A stretch of 63,203 nucleotides of DNA, filler included, from Pelomyxa schiedti (Eukaryota; Protista; Evosea): assembly GCA_020536535.1 (NCBI GenBank). It is 12 parts of 12 records of this genome, joined end to end, with 100 filler letters (N's around TTAATTAATTAA, not from the genome) between each part and the next. Parts side by side here need not be neighbours in the genome. Positions count along the whole stretch, not along the records: positions 11,544 to 22,839 come from JAHLWZ010001241.1; positions 22,940 to 27,111 come from JAHLWZ010001627.1; 10 more parts are not named here. One strand, given 5' to 3'. Shown here piece after piece: positions 12,741 to 25,711 of this stretch. Each line of letters begins with the position of its first letter. The first letter of the stretch is position 1. Under the pieces are notes generated by a model, which worked only from the letters and a program-made list of their open reading frames with translations, was not told where the DNA came from and ran no database searches. Position numbers and translations under genes: made by a program.

Positions 12741-12845
12741 CACAAAAACTCAGTGCTGGGATACCCTCCCCTGGCACACAAATTTTTGTTTACTGGAAAC
12801 GAGTTTTTTCAGAGAAAAAGCACCACAAAAAAAGCCTACTCCTAC

Positions 12846-13153
12846 CTGGCTACTGAGCACCAAAGCTGACACACAAGACGACAGGCGCACAACGACCTGT
12901 TATCGAGATAACCAAATATGAACCAAAGGATGTGCACTCCCATAATCTCGCACTGCTGCCTCACGTGCCGTGGACTGTCCGCACAAACTGCGTGCGCGTC
13001 CTGTTGTTGATGAAGACTAACACTCACGCACGGCGGCGCCGTAGGCGTGGACACCGAGGCCGACGATGCCGATGCCGACGACGTGGTGAACACAAGGGGC
13101 CGCAGGACGCACCTCCTTGCGTTTGTGCGCGAACGCTTGCGTGTCGGTTCCAT
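12846..13153 (-). CDS. F-box-encoding first exon (partner of the LRR exons at 11645-12740)
   Basis: MEPTRKRS...EIMGVHILWFIFGYLDNRSLCACRLVCQLWCSVA is an F-box consensus. Ends AG|GTAGG. Confidence 0.85.
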
Positions 13154-13346
13154 CACAGGCGGGCACTCGAAATTTCTTGTCTTGCCGTTTCCTGAAACCA
13201 GGTTGGGGGATCCTTGGGAGAGCCACCAACCTGTGATCCTTACTGCAACACGAGTGTCGCTCAGTGAGGACCATTCAGGGGAACAAGAGAGCAAGATTCC
13301 TCGAGGAAAAAACACAGAAGCTGGAATTCCAACTTCGTTTTTTCGA

Positions 13347-13999
13347 ATGAACTCTTCGGTTACAGCACGCCCCACGGTTATCGCCACTACGGCTACATCA
13401 AGTGCTGCAGCGTCGGACACCCTGGTCAAACTAAACATTGGGGGCAGGCTCTTCACCACCACGAAGAGCACGCTTCTTCAACGCGGTGCAAATGGCGGTT
13501 CGTCGTTCTTTGATCCCCTCCTGTTGGGAAAACTCCCATCAACAAGGTAGCAATTTGATGAGACGCGACTGACTGGTTGTTCGGCAGGGATGAGACTGGG
13601 GCATATTTCGTTGACAGGAACGGCGACTACTTCGCACTGATATTGGATTTCTTGAGAACGGGAAAACTCAGGGTACCTGATGGTGTGGACTTCCGGGCTG
13701 TCGTTGAAGAAGCCCAGTTCTACCAAATAGCCCTTCCTGCTGAACTTTCTGGAGGCTTGCACGACTTCTTCTCTTTCTTGGTCCAATGGGGTCCTCGAAT
13801 TACGGTTCTCAACAGACCCCTTGACCCTGAGATCGACAAAGTTGTCGAGAGCCTGGAGATGGCGCCTGGTAACGGTCGACCTCCCTTGGCTTACTTTGTG
13901 AACTATGTTGCCGAGCGCATATCATGGAAGGTGAAGCTCTGGACAGTGCGGGCTGGTTCTTCCGGGGAGATTGTAGAAGTGTACCTTGTGAGAAGTTAG
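13347..13999 (+). CDS. BTB/POZ (KCTD/T1-type) domain protein
   Basis: VKLNIGGRLFTTTKSTL...YFVDRNGDYFALILDFLRTG...EEAQFYQI. 41-nt GT-AG intron at 13547-13587. Confidence 0.92.
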
Positions 14000-14071
14000 C
14001 CCTATTTTTTTCCATCGCTGTCAGCTTTTCCGCTTACCGGATACAAAAACAACAACAAACAAGAAAAACCG

Positions 14072-17000
14072 ATGTGGGGCTGGATACACAAGGTGACAGC
14101 GGGAACAGCGTCGGGAGGAGCCCAAACGTCCACCACGCCGGGGGACAGGGAGGCGTCAGTTGCCTGCGCCATGTTGGTCGAGTACGCCAGGAAAGGCGAC
14201 CTCGCGGGCGTCAACGACACCCTCTCGGGCCCCCAGTCCTCCCTCATCACCCCCCATTGCATGGCCGAGTCCCTTTTCCGCGCCACCGACTCCAACCGCG
14301 CCCAAGTCGTCCGCGCCCTGGTCGAGCATTGTGGGACCGAGTCCGTCGCCAAGTGGCGCAAGCCCGACGGCGGCACGCTGCTGTTCCGGGCGTGCTACCA
14401 GGGCCACTGCGAGGTCGCCAGGCTGCTGCTGCTCGAGTGCGGCGACGACGGCCGCAGTTGCATCGACGTCAGCCGCACCACCGACGGCAGCACGCCGCTC
14501 TACGTCGCGTGCGCGAGCGGCTACACCGACGTCGCGCGGCTCCTCGTGGGCCAGGGCGCCGACGTCAACGCCGTCACCAGAGAGAACGTGACGCCCGTCC
14601 TCGCCGCGGTCCTCAAGCGCGACCTCAGGATCGTCCAGATCCTCACTTCGGCGAAATCCATACGCGCGGCAGCCGACGCCGAGGCGAAATCCGCTGAATC
14701 CGCATCTACGCCGACTACAGCAACTGCGTCGGCGCCGCTGTCTTCGTCGTCTGCTGCGGCCGCGGCCGAAAGTGGGGCGACCGCCGTCGACGCGAGGATC
14801 GCCCGCTTGGCCGACGGCGTCGCGCCGATCCACGTGGCGGCGAGCAACGGCGACGCCGACATTGTCGATCTGCTGTGCCGATGCACCAAAGTCGACTTGG
14901 ACGCGGTCACTAATTCCGGGGAGAGTGCCATGTTCGCCGCCGTCAAGGCGAATCACAGCGCCGTGGTCGACATTATGCTCGAGGGCGCCTGCACCGCGGC
15001 CAATCCCGTCAAGTCATATCCCGTGTCTGGGATCATGCCCTTGCACGCGGGAGTGATGCGGGGGAGCGCCGGGGCTGTGCTTTCGTTGGTGGAGCGGCAC
15101 TTCATCCCGCCGGCCACGCGCACATTGTGGGACGGGGTCACGCCCCTGCACTTTGCGGCTGTGAGGGGCGACGTGAAGATGACAAGGATTCTTGTTGAGA
15201 GCACACTTCGCAAGAATGGGACGATTGACCTTAAACTTCCTGAGGGGGGCCAGACTCCCCTCTTTACTGCATGCCAGTTTGCACAATCCCGTGTGGTTAA
15301 AGTTCTTTTGGAAGAGGGCAAGGCCGATGTGGCTCAGGAGTGCGAGATTGATACCTGCTCCTCTGAGATGAGAGGGAAAACACCTCTCGTCACTGTTCTC
15401 CTTGACAGATACAAGGTATCCCTTCTCGTATTGCGCTCATTAAAATCTATGCTTGTAGTAAGTGGAAAACTAAATTCTCTTCTCAGTGCTTGTGTATGAA
15501 GGGACACCCCTTGACTACAATAGAACCTACACAATGGGCCACGAGGACAGACCAGAAAGGTGTCATATGGATGTGTGTTGGCTGCGGTTCTGACCTGCAA
15601 TATTCCCCAACGGAGAGAGTTTTAATGTGTGGCATCTGCAAGTCGTTTTTCTTGTGCCCAACCTGCACAGAGAGGTGGTTGACAGAGCAAACTTACCGCA
15701 ACCAGCAACTTGAACAGCACAAAAGTCTACTCGATGATGAAGAAGTCCATGCAACAGCGGTAATGCTGGTAAAAGCAGGAGCGACAATACCCAGCAATTG
15801 GATTGAACCCGTTTTGAGTGCTGTGGGAGAAACTAAAATGTCTGAGCTTCTCCATTTGCACCACCTCTGTGGCTCAGTCATGTTTCCTGTGGATGTGTGG
15901 ACACCCTTTGATTGCATTGTGTCAACAGTTGACCAGCTTTCGCTTGTGCTCTGCGAGAAGCTGGGAATTTCAAGAGGAGACAGCCTGCGCGCAAAGTTGC
16001 GAGTGTATGCCCAAACGCAGAATGTCTATGTTGATCTGACTGGTTTGCTTCTTTCCTCTTGTTAAGCTACAATTGAAATAACTTTGACTCGTTAAGACAC
16101 TCACTTCGGGAAGAAAATGATTTTGTATCTGCAGATAATTGGTGCATCGGCTTTTGACCCACAAGCTGGAAGTGATTATGAAAGTTAGCCTTATTTTTTT
16201 TGAGGTTTTTTTTTCTTTTCTAGTGACCCGCTTTAAAGGAACAGTAAAGCACTTAACGGCTGCAGAACAGCAAATACAACACTTTTCCCAATGTACATAA
16301 GGTACCTCATTCAAGCCAACTCTAACAATTCAAGTGCTCTCTACAAGAGAGGGTGAACTGGCAACCTCTTTAACCAGAAGTCAAGAACAATTATCGACAA
16401 TATCCAAGTTGCAAGCCAACTGCCAGGAACTGGAGCTAAAACTTGGACTCCAGCGAGGTTCCACCATCAGGTAGTACCTCAATTTATAACTTCTGTGCAG
16501 GACCATTTTGTGAACATATTCTATCGCACATCACTCAAGGGCACTGGGTAAACTCCCTCACATCGGACCATCAAACAATGCTTGTAAACTTTGAGACTCC
16601 AAGCAAGAACTTCACCTCCAATATCTGTGTGAAGTGTCCTCTGGAGAAGGTTTGTACAATTTCCTTTTATTTTGAAATGAAAAATCGAATTGACCTCTTC
16701 ATTGCATCCAAAATTAGCGAGTGGAATTACTGGTTTATTATTCTTAAACCTCCCCCCAATTTTAGGTGGCAAGGATGGAAATCCAACGAGAAATTGGAAT
16801 TGACGAAAATGAACAATTGTTACTGTTCAATGGGCAACCCAGCACAGACCCATTTCTCACCCTTGAACAACTTCTCAATCAACTGCAAGACACAACTCCA
16901 AAGCTAGGCATTTCCAATGCCATCACACCCCTTCCAGGTGATCCCCCCACCGCAGCAACTGCTTCATCCTCAACGTCGACATCGCAAGTGGAAACGTTAG

Positions 17001-18489
17001 CAGTTAGCCAACGTGAGGGAAAAAGAGAGAAGATTATTGTGACAATCGCAGCTAAACTCCGACCAGTGCCACTGATCGAGGAAAGCGCTTTACACCACCA
17101 AAAAACATTTGGAATGGGTCAATATGGTACTGTGTACAAGTGCACTCTGAGTCCACAAGGTATAGATGTAGCAGTCAAGCGAATGCATGCAAACATACAA
17201 TCTGAGTATAATGATTCATTGTTTACAAGAGAGGCTTCAGTGTGTCTCTTTTGCTTCGAAATAAAAAACCAAACCAGGCAAAAAGATTGTGAGCAGTCTG
17301 AGACATCCCAATGTTGTAAGGTGCCTTGGACTTTGTTATGTTGACGGCACTGTTTCCATTATTTCGGAATTGCTCTCATGCAGTTTGAGAGAACTTCTGC
17401 CGGTTTCATATTCCCTATTTACTCCTGTTATGCTTGTTAATGTCCAGTATGCAGGCAAAGCGTTTACAACTCCCAGAGGTGATGTGCTTGTCACTTGGAA
17501 TCTCCAAGGGAATGGAAGCCATTCACAAGTACTTCTTTTTTTGTTTCTCGTTTTTCTCTTGTTCCCTCAATTTCATTGATTCTTTGAAAATCACAAGAAA
17601 TAATCCATCCTTCCCTTTCCATTATTGAATACCAATAAGGCAAGGGATCATGCACCGGGATTTGAACAGTGGCAATGTTCTTCTGGATCGGAATGGCATT
17701 CCCAAAATCTGTGATTTTGGTTCGTTTCTATTCCTTTTATTTCCCTTTACAACCAAATTGTACAGGGATGTCACGACTAGCTAACCATGCCCTTGCTGCT
17801 GGGTGCACCAAGAATGCCGGTGCACCTGCTTATCTTCCACCACAGATGTTCACAGCACAGTACGATGGACTCAAAGGTAAGTGGTGTTACTGATCGCGTG
17901 CATCCTGCTCATTTAATCACAGGTGATGCGTGGCAGTTCGGAATCCTTGTATCCGAGATGCTAGCAGGTGACTTATTTGACCCAGAGACCCCAAATAAGT
18001 CAGCTCTCTGGCCATCTTTCATTGAGCAACAACTGGATGGAACCTCACCCATGTCTCACAAAGGTATTCTCCGCTCTATCTGAAGTACAAATATACCCGA
18101 ATATCACATCCAAGCACAAATACAAAGAGGTGGAGAGATTGCAGAGCATGGAGGGTTTCAGTGATCTCACGTTGGTCAGCACACTAGCGAGGCGCCGCTG
18201 GTGCCTTTCCACACTGAAAGCTCACGTTTTTGAAGCGCCGATGTTCTATCAGGTCATTGCTATGTGTTTGTCAATTTCCGGTAAGTGATTGATTCTCTAG
18301 TATATTCCATACTCACCCCGTACTTACACGACCCACACAGAGGAGGAGAGGCCGTTATTCACGGCAGTTGTTACACTACTATCTGGCTGTTGTCAGCTCA
18401 GTCTTGGTACTTCCTCCACAGCAGCTTGTGCTGTTGAAACTACACTTCTTGGACTGAGGGACGCCATTGCATCTTTACATAAGAACTGA
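14072..18489 (+). CDS. Multi-exon ankyrin repeat + Zn finger + ubiquitin-like + TKL-type protein kinase (may be two genes)
   Basis: Ankyrin [10 protein letters not shown] and [10 protein letters not shown]. Zn finger CMKGH..CVGC..CGIC..CPTC. UBL-like [15 protein letters not shown]. Kinase [35 protein letters not shown] and DAWQFG across short introns. Confidence 0.75.
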
Positions 18490-19139
18490 TACTAGTTTAG
18501 TGGTTGTTGTTTGTCCCATAATGTAGTGTGCACTTTGTCCCGCATCACGCATCACCACAGTAACAGACGTGGCGGGGCCACTCTCTGTTACCCTTCCGTC
18601 AGCTCCCACCGCAGGTAGTACGGTTACAGGCACCACATTAACTCCGCAGGGAGGATTTTAATTGGCAAAATAATCGACCCACAATTTAGGCTTCCGGAAA
18701 AACGGAGACAATTTAACTCGCAGCCGGCAGTGGTACAATTGGAGTTGGTGGGGATGGAGTGAGGCTGGTAGTGACCTGTAGTTGTCCCTGGCTGTGTTCG
18801 ATCCCTGTCAATGTCCAATAAAAAAAAACACAAATTTTTTTTTCGCTTGCCAACTAGTTGTTGTGGAAGAAAAACCAGGAAACACGAGAATTGGAGCTGA
18901 AAAGAGTCTCAAACCAGCCAGAGAAAGAGTCCATAGGTGATTCTCTAGTAAACCATACTCTGTAGTAACTGTACGGTACGACAACATATAGTCGATGTTA
19001 AAAATTGTGTTGATTTGGATGGAGCTCCAGGTCAATTGATAGAGCTTTGCAGATGGCATACAGGGCATTGTCAGTGCGAGTGGCACAATGGCAATGGTAT
19101 GAATTGTTGTGTTTGTCAACACAAGAATGTCAAACTGAA

Positions 19140-19730
19140 TTAAATAAACACTTGTGCCATTTGGAGTGTGACAATGAATGGCATGAAGAAAATTCGGGTT
19201 AAGAAATAAAACATCACCCCAAATCCAATGGATATTGGCAGGGCTGGCAGGGCTTTTCGGAAAATTGCTAGTAATACAAGTGTACAAAACAAACCCTGGT
19301 TTGTATTGAATAAGACAAAGAAGCGAAAAAAGGGAGAGGTTACAGTTATGATTGCTACAAAACATGTGAAGACTGTAAGCATGTCAAAGAGAGCAGCACG
19401 CCCTATCAGGACACTGTAGAACACAAAATCCCCAAGGCCAAGTTTCAAACCTTTTGCTATGGTTAACTCAAAAATACCTTGAATATCATTGAACCCCTGT
19501 AATAAAAGGGAGTGCAGCACAACGACAACCCATTATTCCTTTTATCCACTAATATTTGTTTAAAAAAAAAAAAAAAAAAGAGGGAAAGTGCAGGGAGGAG
19601 GAGCTGGTACATTGCGCTGCTCAAGTCTTTCAGATTGAGGCCCCTCACCACGACCACCACCATCGCCATCGTAACGGCCACGGGCCAACGCACCCCAACC
19701 ACAGCCTCTTCAGTGGTTCGTTCCACTCAG
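19140..19730 (-). pseudogene. PSEN: Presenilin homolog, internally deleted (TM1 + TM7-9 only)
   Basis: [24 protein letters not shown] and C-terminal QVFI*. TM1-like VRWPVAVTMAMVVVV lies only about 150 nt upstream, with an in-frame TGA just before it. Confidence 0.8.
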
Positions 19731-19988
19731 TGCCACTCCTGGGGAGGGATGTTGATGCCAAGTGAGAGTAAAGGCGTGTGGGGTGAAGGGGGTGTGGGGT
19801 TTAGTGATGGGAAGTGGCATTGCCATTGCACCTCTTCTAAATTCCCCTATATCTTCTTTCTTTCTCCTCTTCCTTCTTCTCTTCCTCTATCACCACACAG
19901 CACACGATCGCTGTTGGAACTGCTGAGGCATTGTATATACAAACACTAGGCATTGTACGATTTGACATTGCAATCACAGCAACTATAC

Positions 19989-20756
19989 ATGGGACTACAT
20001 GGCCACAAACACAACGAGCACGGCGGCACGGCCTCCGGTAGGTGTTGTTGTGATGAGCGCGTCGGATCTCTCGCTGAGTTTGAGCGGCTGTGCGAGCGGC
20101 CGTACTGGAACACCTTCACTTCAAGAATTGGTCTGGATCCTACTGGCTTCGTTCATGTAATGTTACACACTATGTAGTACCTTCTCTATAATTTTCAAAA
20201 GGAAATTGGTTCAGTATTTGGTTCATAAAATGATTGAAACAAAAAAAATGATTGGATAAAGGCACAACACGTCTTCTGTCGGCTTCTGGCAATTTTGAAG
20301 GTCCTACCATACCTTTTTTACCCATCTTTTAACTTGAAAACAAGACTAATTATCAGTTACAAGCACTCATAGCTGCAGAGGGTTGGCAAGATTGGTTGAA
20401 ATTGGTTGCTGATTTCACCTTGAAATCTCTAAAGGCCTGGCAGGTAGCGAAATCATCTCTGCCATCTTACAAAAACTCTAGCTTATATGACATTGCAATT
20501 GGAACGTGTGTCAGCTTTCCTGAGTGGTCAAGTGGAAGGTTTCGTTCTTCGGATATCCTTCACTCTAAATACATTTATAGATGCTCTGTCAAATGAGGAT
20601 GCAGTCGCGGAAATGTTGGAGTTCGTAGCACCCCTGGATTCTACAACTGCTTATTCTACAGTGCAAAAGGGGGCAGTGGACTTGAGGAAAGCAAAAATCC
20701 ATAACACCAAAAATTACCGGACTTTTGTTGGAATCGAACGTATTCTTAAAAAATAA
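19989..20756 (+). pseudogene. XPO7: Exportin-7/RanBP16-like internal fragment
   Basis: Spliced FCRLLAILK|TNYQL..WLKLVADFTLKSLKAWQ matches the XPO7 block FCRLLARLKSNYQL..LIANFTVTSL..W. Only about 200 aa are present. Confidence 0.65.
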
Positions 20757-22718
20757 GCACTCTGGAAAGAAAATATCCAACAATGCCGTGCATGATGATG
20801 TAAGGCCACAAGATAAACGGTGTTATCAGGGAATAAATGGAGCCTCGTAGTCTGTGCCTTATGCCCAGAACTCCTCCCCATTTCTCAACAATAGTGGAGT
20901 TACAGAGCCCGCATTTGTGCAGTAATGAAGAGAACAGCTGCACAATCACGACCAATAGAAGCAGAGGCAAGAGTCCACATTCCACCAGAATGCACAAAGG
21001 TAGAGTGGACAGAAGGAACATGCACAGGGTGATGTACCCAATCCGGCCGGAAATGAGGTGTATGTAGGCGTGGGTGGAGACTGGGTTGCAGGCCCCGATG
21101 GTGAAACACCACCAAGGAGCGGCGTAGAATAGATGCGAGACCCAGAGAGCAACTGTCAAACTGGGCATTAGCTGTTGCCTGACCCTCTTGGAGTACTTGG
21201 GGCCAACCATCTGTTCTGGATTCTTCTTGGTTGTATGCACGATGTGGGTTGGCAGAATCGTTTGAGAAGCTTGCGCGTGGGTGTGTGAGAGTTCGGAGCA
21301 TGCTTCGATTATTGCTGATGCTGCCATTTTGCCGGATTGAATTGCGAGTCTGATTCCTTCCCCTGTGAGAGGATCCACAAGTCCGGCTGCATCTCCTGCC
21401 TGTTGTGATTTTTAAGAAAACAAAAAGAAGGAAGGGACATTATAAGTACTACCATATAGTACATATAGGAAAAGGACAAGTACCAATAAAATGCGGTCTG
21501 TTGCAACAGGGCGTGCACTGTTAAATACGGGTATTACCCTAACCTTGCACTTCCCTTGTTCAAGTACAATCCCATGTCGGTCTGCTAGTTTCCTCAATAC
21601 ACGCCACAATTCGCCTGGTGATGGTTGTGATGTGGCTACACCAATGCACACATTTGGAAAAGGCCTAAAACAGGTGAGTTTATGTTCTTGAGATTTTTGT
21701 CAACAACCTTGGGAATATCCATGCATAGCCGTACCTGGTTGATCATTAAAGAAAGACTTAAATCCCCAAATTACCTAAAATAGCCAAACCCAAACAGAGC
21801 AGATGACGAGAACTGCTTGTGCACCTGGGATTAAGTCACAAGATGTTACTTCAAATGAACTGGATAGCTCTGTTACGTTACCTCTGGGCTCACGGGGACC
21901 TCTGCAACCATAGCAGGAGCATAGTCGATTGGCAGTGTTACGCCTAGAATCATATTCACAATTTTTGCAACCCTCGAGGTGGAACCATCTGCTCCAATCA
22001 GGAATCTGTATGACTGGGGTGAGTTACAAGTACGATAAGGTTAGAGGGTGGAAACGAGCCTTCCTCTGAGAATCTTGCCATCCATTGTTTCCACCTGCAC
22101 CATTTCATTGTTCTCAACCACTTTCGAGACCTGTGTATTCTCCAGCACAACTGCACCTTTAGCATTCTGTCCATATATAAATAGGGCAACAGCACAAAAG
22201 AATCAAACGCATAAAACAATAAACATAACAAAACAATACAAAAAAAAAGAAAAGAACATAAAAATCCAAGCCAAGGCACGCCCAAGTAGAAAAACAAAAA
22301 CCCAAAAAAAAAAAACAAACACAAAAAAAAAAAAAACCTTGAGGATTGTGCAGTCGAATTTAGCCCTGTCAACAGTAAAAACCCGGTCGCCGGGGATGTC
22401 GACGGCGGTCTCCGACCTGCCCCCCAGCGAGTACCGCACCGACGTGACCGGCACGCACGAGCACTCCGAGTCCAGCGCGAAGGGGAAGCACCGCAGCGTC
22501 GTCGCCGCGACGCCGCCGCCGCACGCCTTGGCGCGGTCGAGGGGCGACTTGTCCAGCACCGCGACGCGGAGCCCGCGCGAGGTGAGGTAGTAGGCCGCCG
22601 TGGCCCCCGCGGGGCCGGCTCCCGCTATGATTACCTGGTCGTGGCGGTGGGTCGGGATTGTGGGAGCGTGGGCGCCGCGGGTCGGCGGTGCGTTGCTTTT
22701 TGCGTTTGTAACGCGCAT
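20746..22718 (-). CDS. Geranylgeranyl reductase-family FAD oxidoreductase with C-terminal hydrophobic segments
   Basis: VIIAGAGPAGATAAY, RAKACGGG, VDRAKFD, IGADG, GYAWIFP and GDAAGLVDPLTGEGI across several introns. Confidence 0.9.
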
Positions 22719-23121
22719 TGTTGGGACTGCCCAAACTTTTTCGGTGTGCACACGATCAAAAAACGAGCGTTTTTCTGGGAAAACAGTGTGCACACAGTTT
22801 GCAGCACGCCAACGGCCAACAGACACACCAATGTGCTTCNNNNNNNNNNNNNNNNNNNNNNNNNNNNNNNNNNNNNNNNNNNNTTAATTAATTAANNNNN
22901 NNNNNNNNNNNNNNNNNNNNNNNNNNNNNNNNNNNNNNNACCACAACAACTTCATCCTCATCATCCTAACATAAACACACCCAAACATTCAATATATCAC
23001 ACACCATCATCACCATTTATTCAATGAGAAAAACAAAGCCTTTTTTTTTTTGTGACGAAAAAGGCCCGTTACGCTAAGACCAGTTTGATCGAAAAAACGA
23101 AAAAACAACCAAAGGACAGGC

Positions 23122-25711
23122 ATGCTTGAGACGTACGAGGACAACGACGAGGGCGCGAGTAGCGGTGCTGCAGCGTCGACATCGACCGGGGTTCTTGGTG
23201 CCGGGGGTTTCACTTCCCTCGACACGTCGTTCGAGCGCACCACGTCCGTGACCACGACGGCCTCGACGTCGGCGTCGTCGTCGGTCAACGCGATCAGCCC
23301 GTACTACTACACCGCGTCGTCGTCCTCGACTACGTCGACGTCGCCGATGGGCGTCCCATCATTGTCATCTGGGGGCGGTGGCGGGGACGACGACGACGTG
23401 GGCGGGGGAGGGAGCATATTTGTGGGGAGCGGCGGCGCTGGGAATGATGGGAACGAAGACGACGGGGACCTCAGCGAGTCCGAGTTTATAAGCAACACAG
23501 GCGGGGGCGGCGGGAGGACAGGCCCCGGCGGGATTATGGGAATGGGCGCCGCGATCGAGGGCATGAGTGCGACTGACGCACTTTTGGCCTCGGCTGAGCT
23601 GCAGAGGCACGCCACTTCGTTGGTCTTCGCTACTGATGTATGTGTCAAATTCCCCACATTTCTCATTATGGGAATTTATTCCCCACCTCGCAATATTCTG
23701 GTAATGTGTCTGGGTCTATATATGTAACTGTTTGCTCAGGTATCGAAGTTTCATTCATGTGGGTATTCCATATCTGTGAGCGTTGCATCGGCTTCGTGCA
23801 GTAGCGACATCAAGTATGCACTTCAACTAGTTAGAATTTTCGAAGTCTAAACTACTAAAATTACGAGGATAAATTGGGTTAAACATAACTTCCATTTAGA
23901 CTGGCAGCAGCTTCGCCCAGTACCATAGCGTCAGTGGGAGGGCTTTACACAATTTCTTCCAAAGTACAGATCCTCATTACTTAGGCTTCCTAATTCCCTC
24001 TAGCATGTTGCCTCCGGAGACCAATTTCATGTAGTAAGAAGCTACATAGATTTTCTGTCTCTTCACGAGCAGTTTAAGTATATGCACGGTTCCTTTGTAT
24101 TGCCCCCACTTCCAGAGGTCATTGCTTGTGTGTCTTTTTAAATTTAATTTCTGTCTTTTGGGCATAACAATAATTTTTTCAAGTACAGCACGGTTCTCCT
24201 CCCATCACATAGAATACCGTACACATATATTGCAGCAATACCTATACCGTTTGGCGTCTCATCCTGTTCTTCTTGCGGAAGATATTTTCATGGCGTTTCT
24301 CAAAGCAAAGGCATCTCTAATTCCGTACGACTCCATTTATTAACTTCCCTCCAGAAATTACCTCCAATTCCACCAGCACGGCAACCAGTACTGCCGATCT
24401 CCATCAAAGTCCCAGCCCTTGGGAAAGGGAAAGACTCTGACAAAGTAACATAACTTCCAATACGTCTCATAACTCTGGGGAAAATTAGGACCCGTTCTTC
24501 AATGGTCTATACAGTAAACTGGATTCTATGCAGGCCACCTTAGCCCCAGCCGTTTCTGCCGGGATGAAATTGGGGAAGCATTGGACAGGTACCAAGAAAC
24601 TGGGTATTCCTGGCTCACGTTGCCAGAAATGAAGGATGCATATATTCAGGTCTCGAACGGAATTCATAAAACGGGAGAAATCCATGAAACTACATCCCCC
24701 ACCATTTCCCAGTGCTGTAAACACATCTGCTCTGCCTCAGAGACTGTTGTGGCATTACTACAAAAGGAACTTATTGTGTGTTTTCCGTACACAAAGCCAA
24801 ATAAGGATTTACCAAAACAAGGGCCCTTCTTTACCCGACAGCTTTGAAGAACAGCTGAGGGATCACTCAAGGATGGTTCAGGAGATGAAGGTTTCTTGAA
24901 ATTTTTCTTACAGGATATTTACTTGACTTAGAATCTTGTGAACCGCAGACATGAAGTGAAAGAACACTATCTCGCGTTTAATAGGGCCGTAGCAGTCCGG
25001 CGGGAGAAAGTTACTAAACTTAAGGGTACTTCCAGTGAAGAGATAGCAAGAAGGGAATTCTTGGAGGTACGACGGATATTTCCGGGTTACAACTTCAGCG
25101 ATCCAACTCCTATTTTCAGGTAGAAAAACTCTGCAACAGGGCCAAAGAGGAATTTGATGACTTTACAGTTAGTGCTAAGCAAGAGGTTGAAAGGGCGAAT
25201 TCCGTCCTGCACTCCCAGATGTTCCACAGCCTGAGATTATTTGTTTCCCGCAACGCCGATTTCCATTCACAAGTAACCCCAAAACTAATGATAGTAATAG
25301 TATAATAACACCAGACCTTGCTACAACTACAATCACCCAACTCACCCACCCCAACATCCCCTAATTCCAAACTCGCAGATGAGTTCCACCTGGGCATCCA
25401 CCGCCACCGCGTGTGAGTCAGTTTCCTTCATTGAATCACCACCCCCTTCATCAACAACAACATCCGCATCAACAACAACAACAACAACCCACAGCCTCAG
25501 TCCCACAGGCATGATCACACCACCATCAACATCATCAGCTGCAGATTCGACGGCAACAACAAGCAGCAGTGCCACATTCACAACCACACCAATAACCACA
25601 GCCACAATGGACATGCTCACACAGCAGCCTACTGATGATACTGCTGTAGGTGCTGGGACCACACAAGACACCACCCCGTTTGACCCTCCCTCATCCTCGT
25701 CGTCATCGTGA
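23122..25711 (+). CDS. Sorting nexin-like (divergent PX + BAR/Vps5 helices)
   Basis: RTHILQQYLYRLASHPVL..FMAFL (PX C-terminus), DPFFNGLYSKLD and coiled-coil helices with ..AKQEVER. Many short introns. Confidence 0.6.

Noticed and set aside
13924-14956. Long overlapping or antisense ORFs here and at 33548-34519, 40079-40945 and 47268-48207
   Set aside because: Shadow ORFs of GC-rich coding exons.
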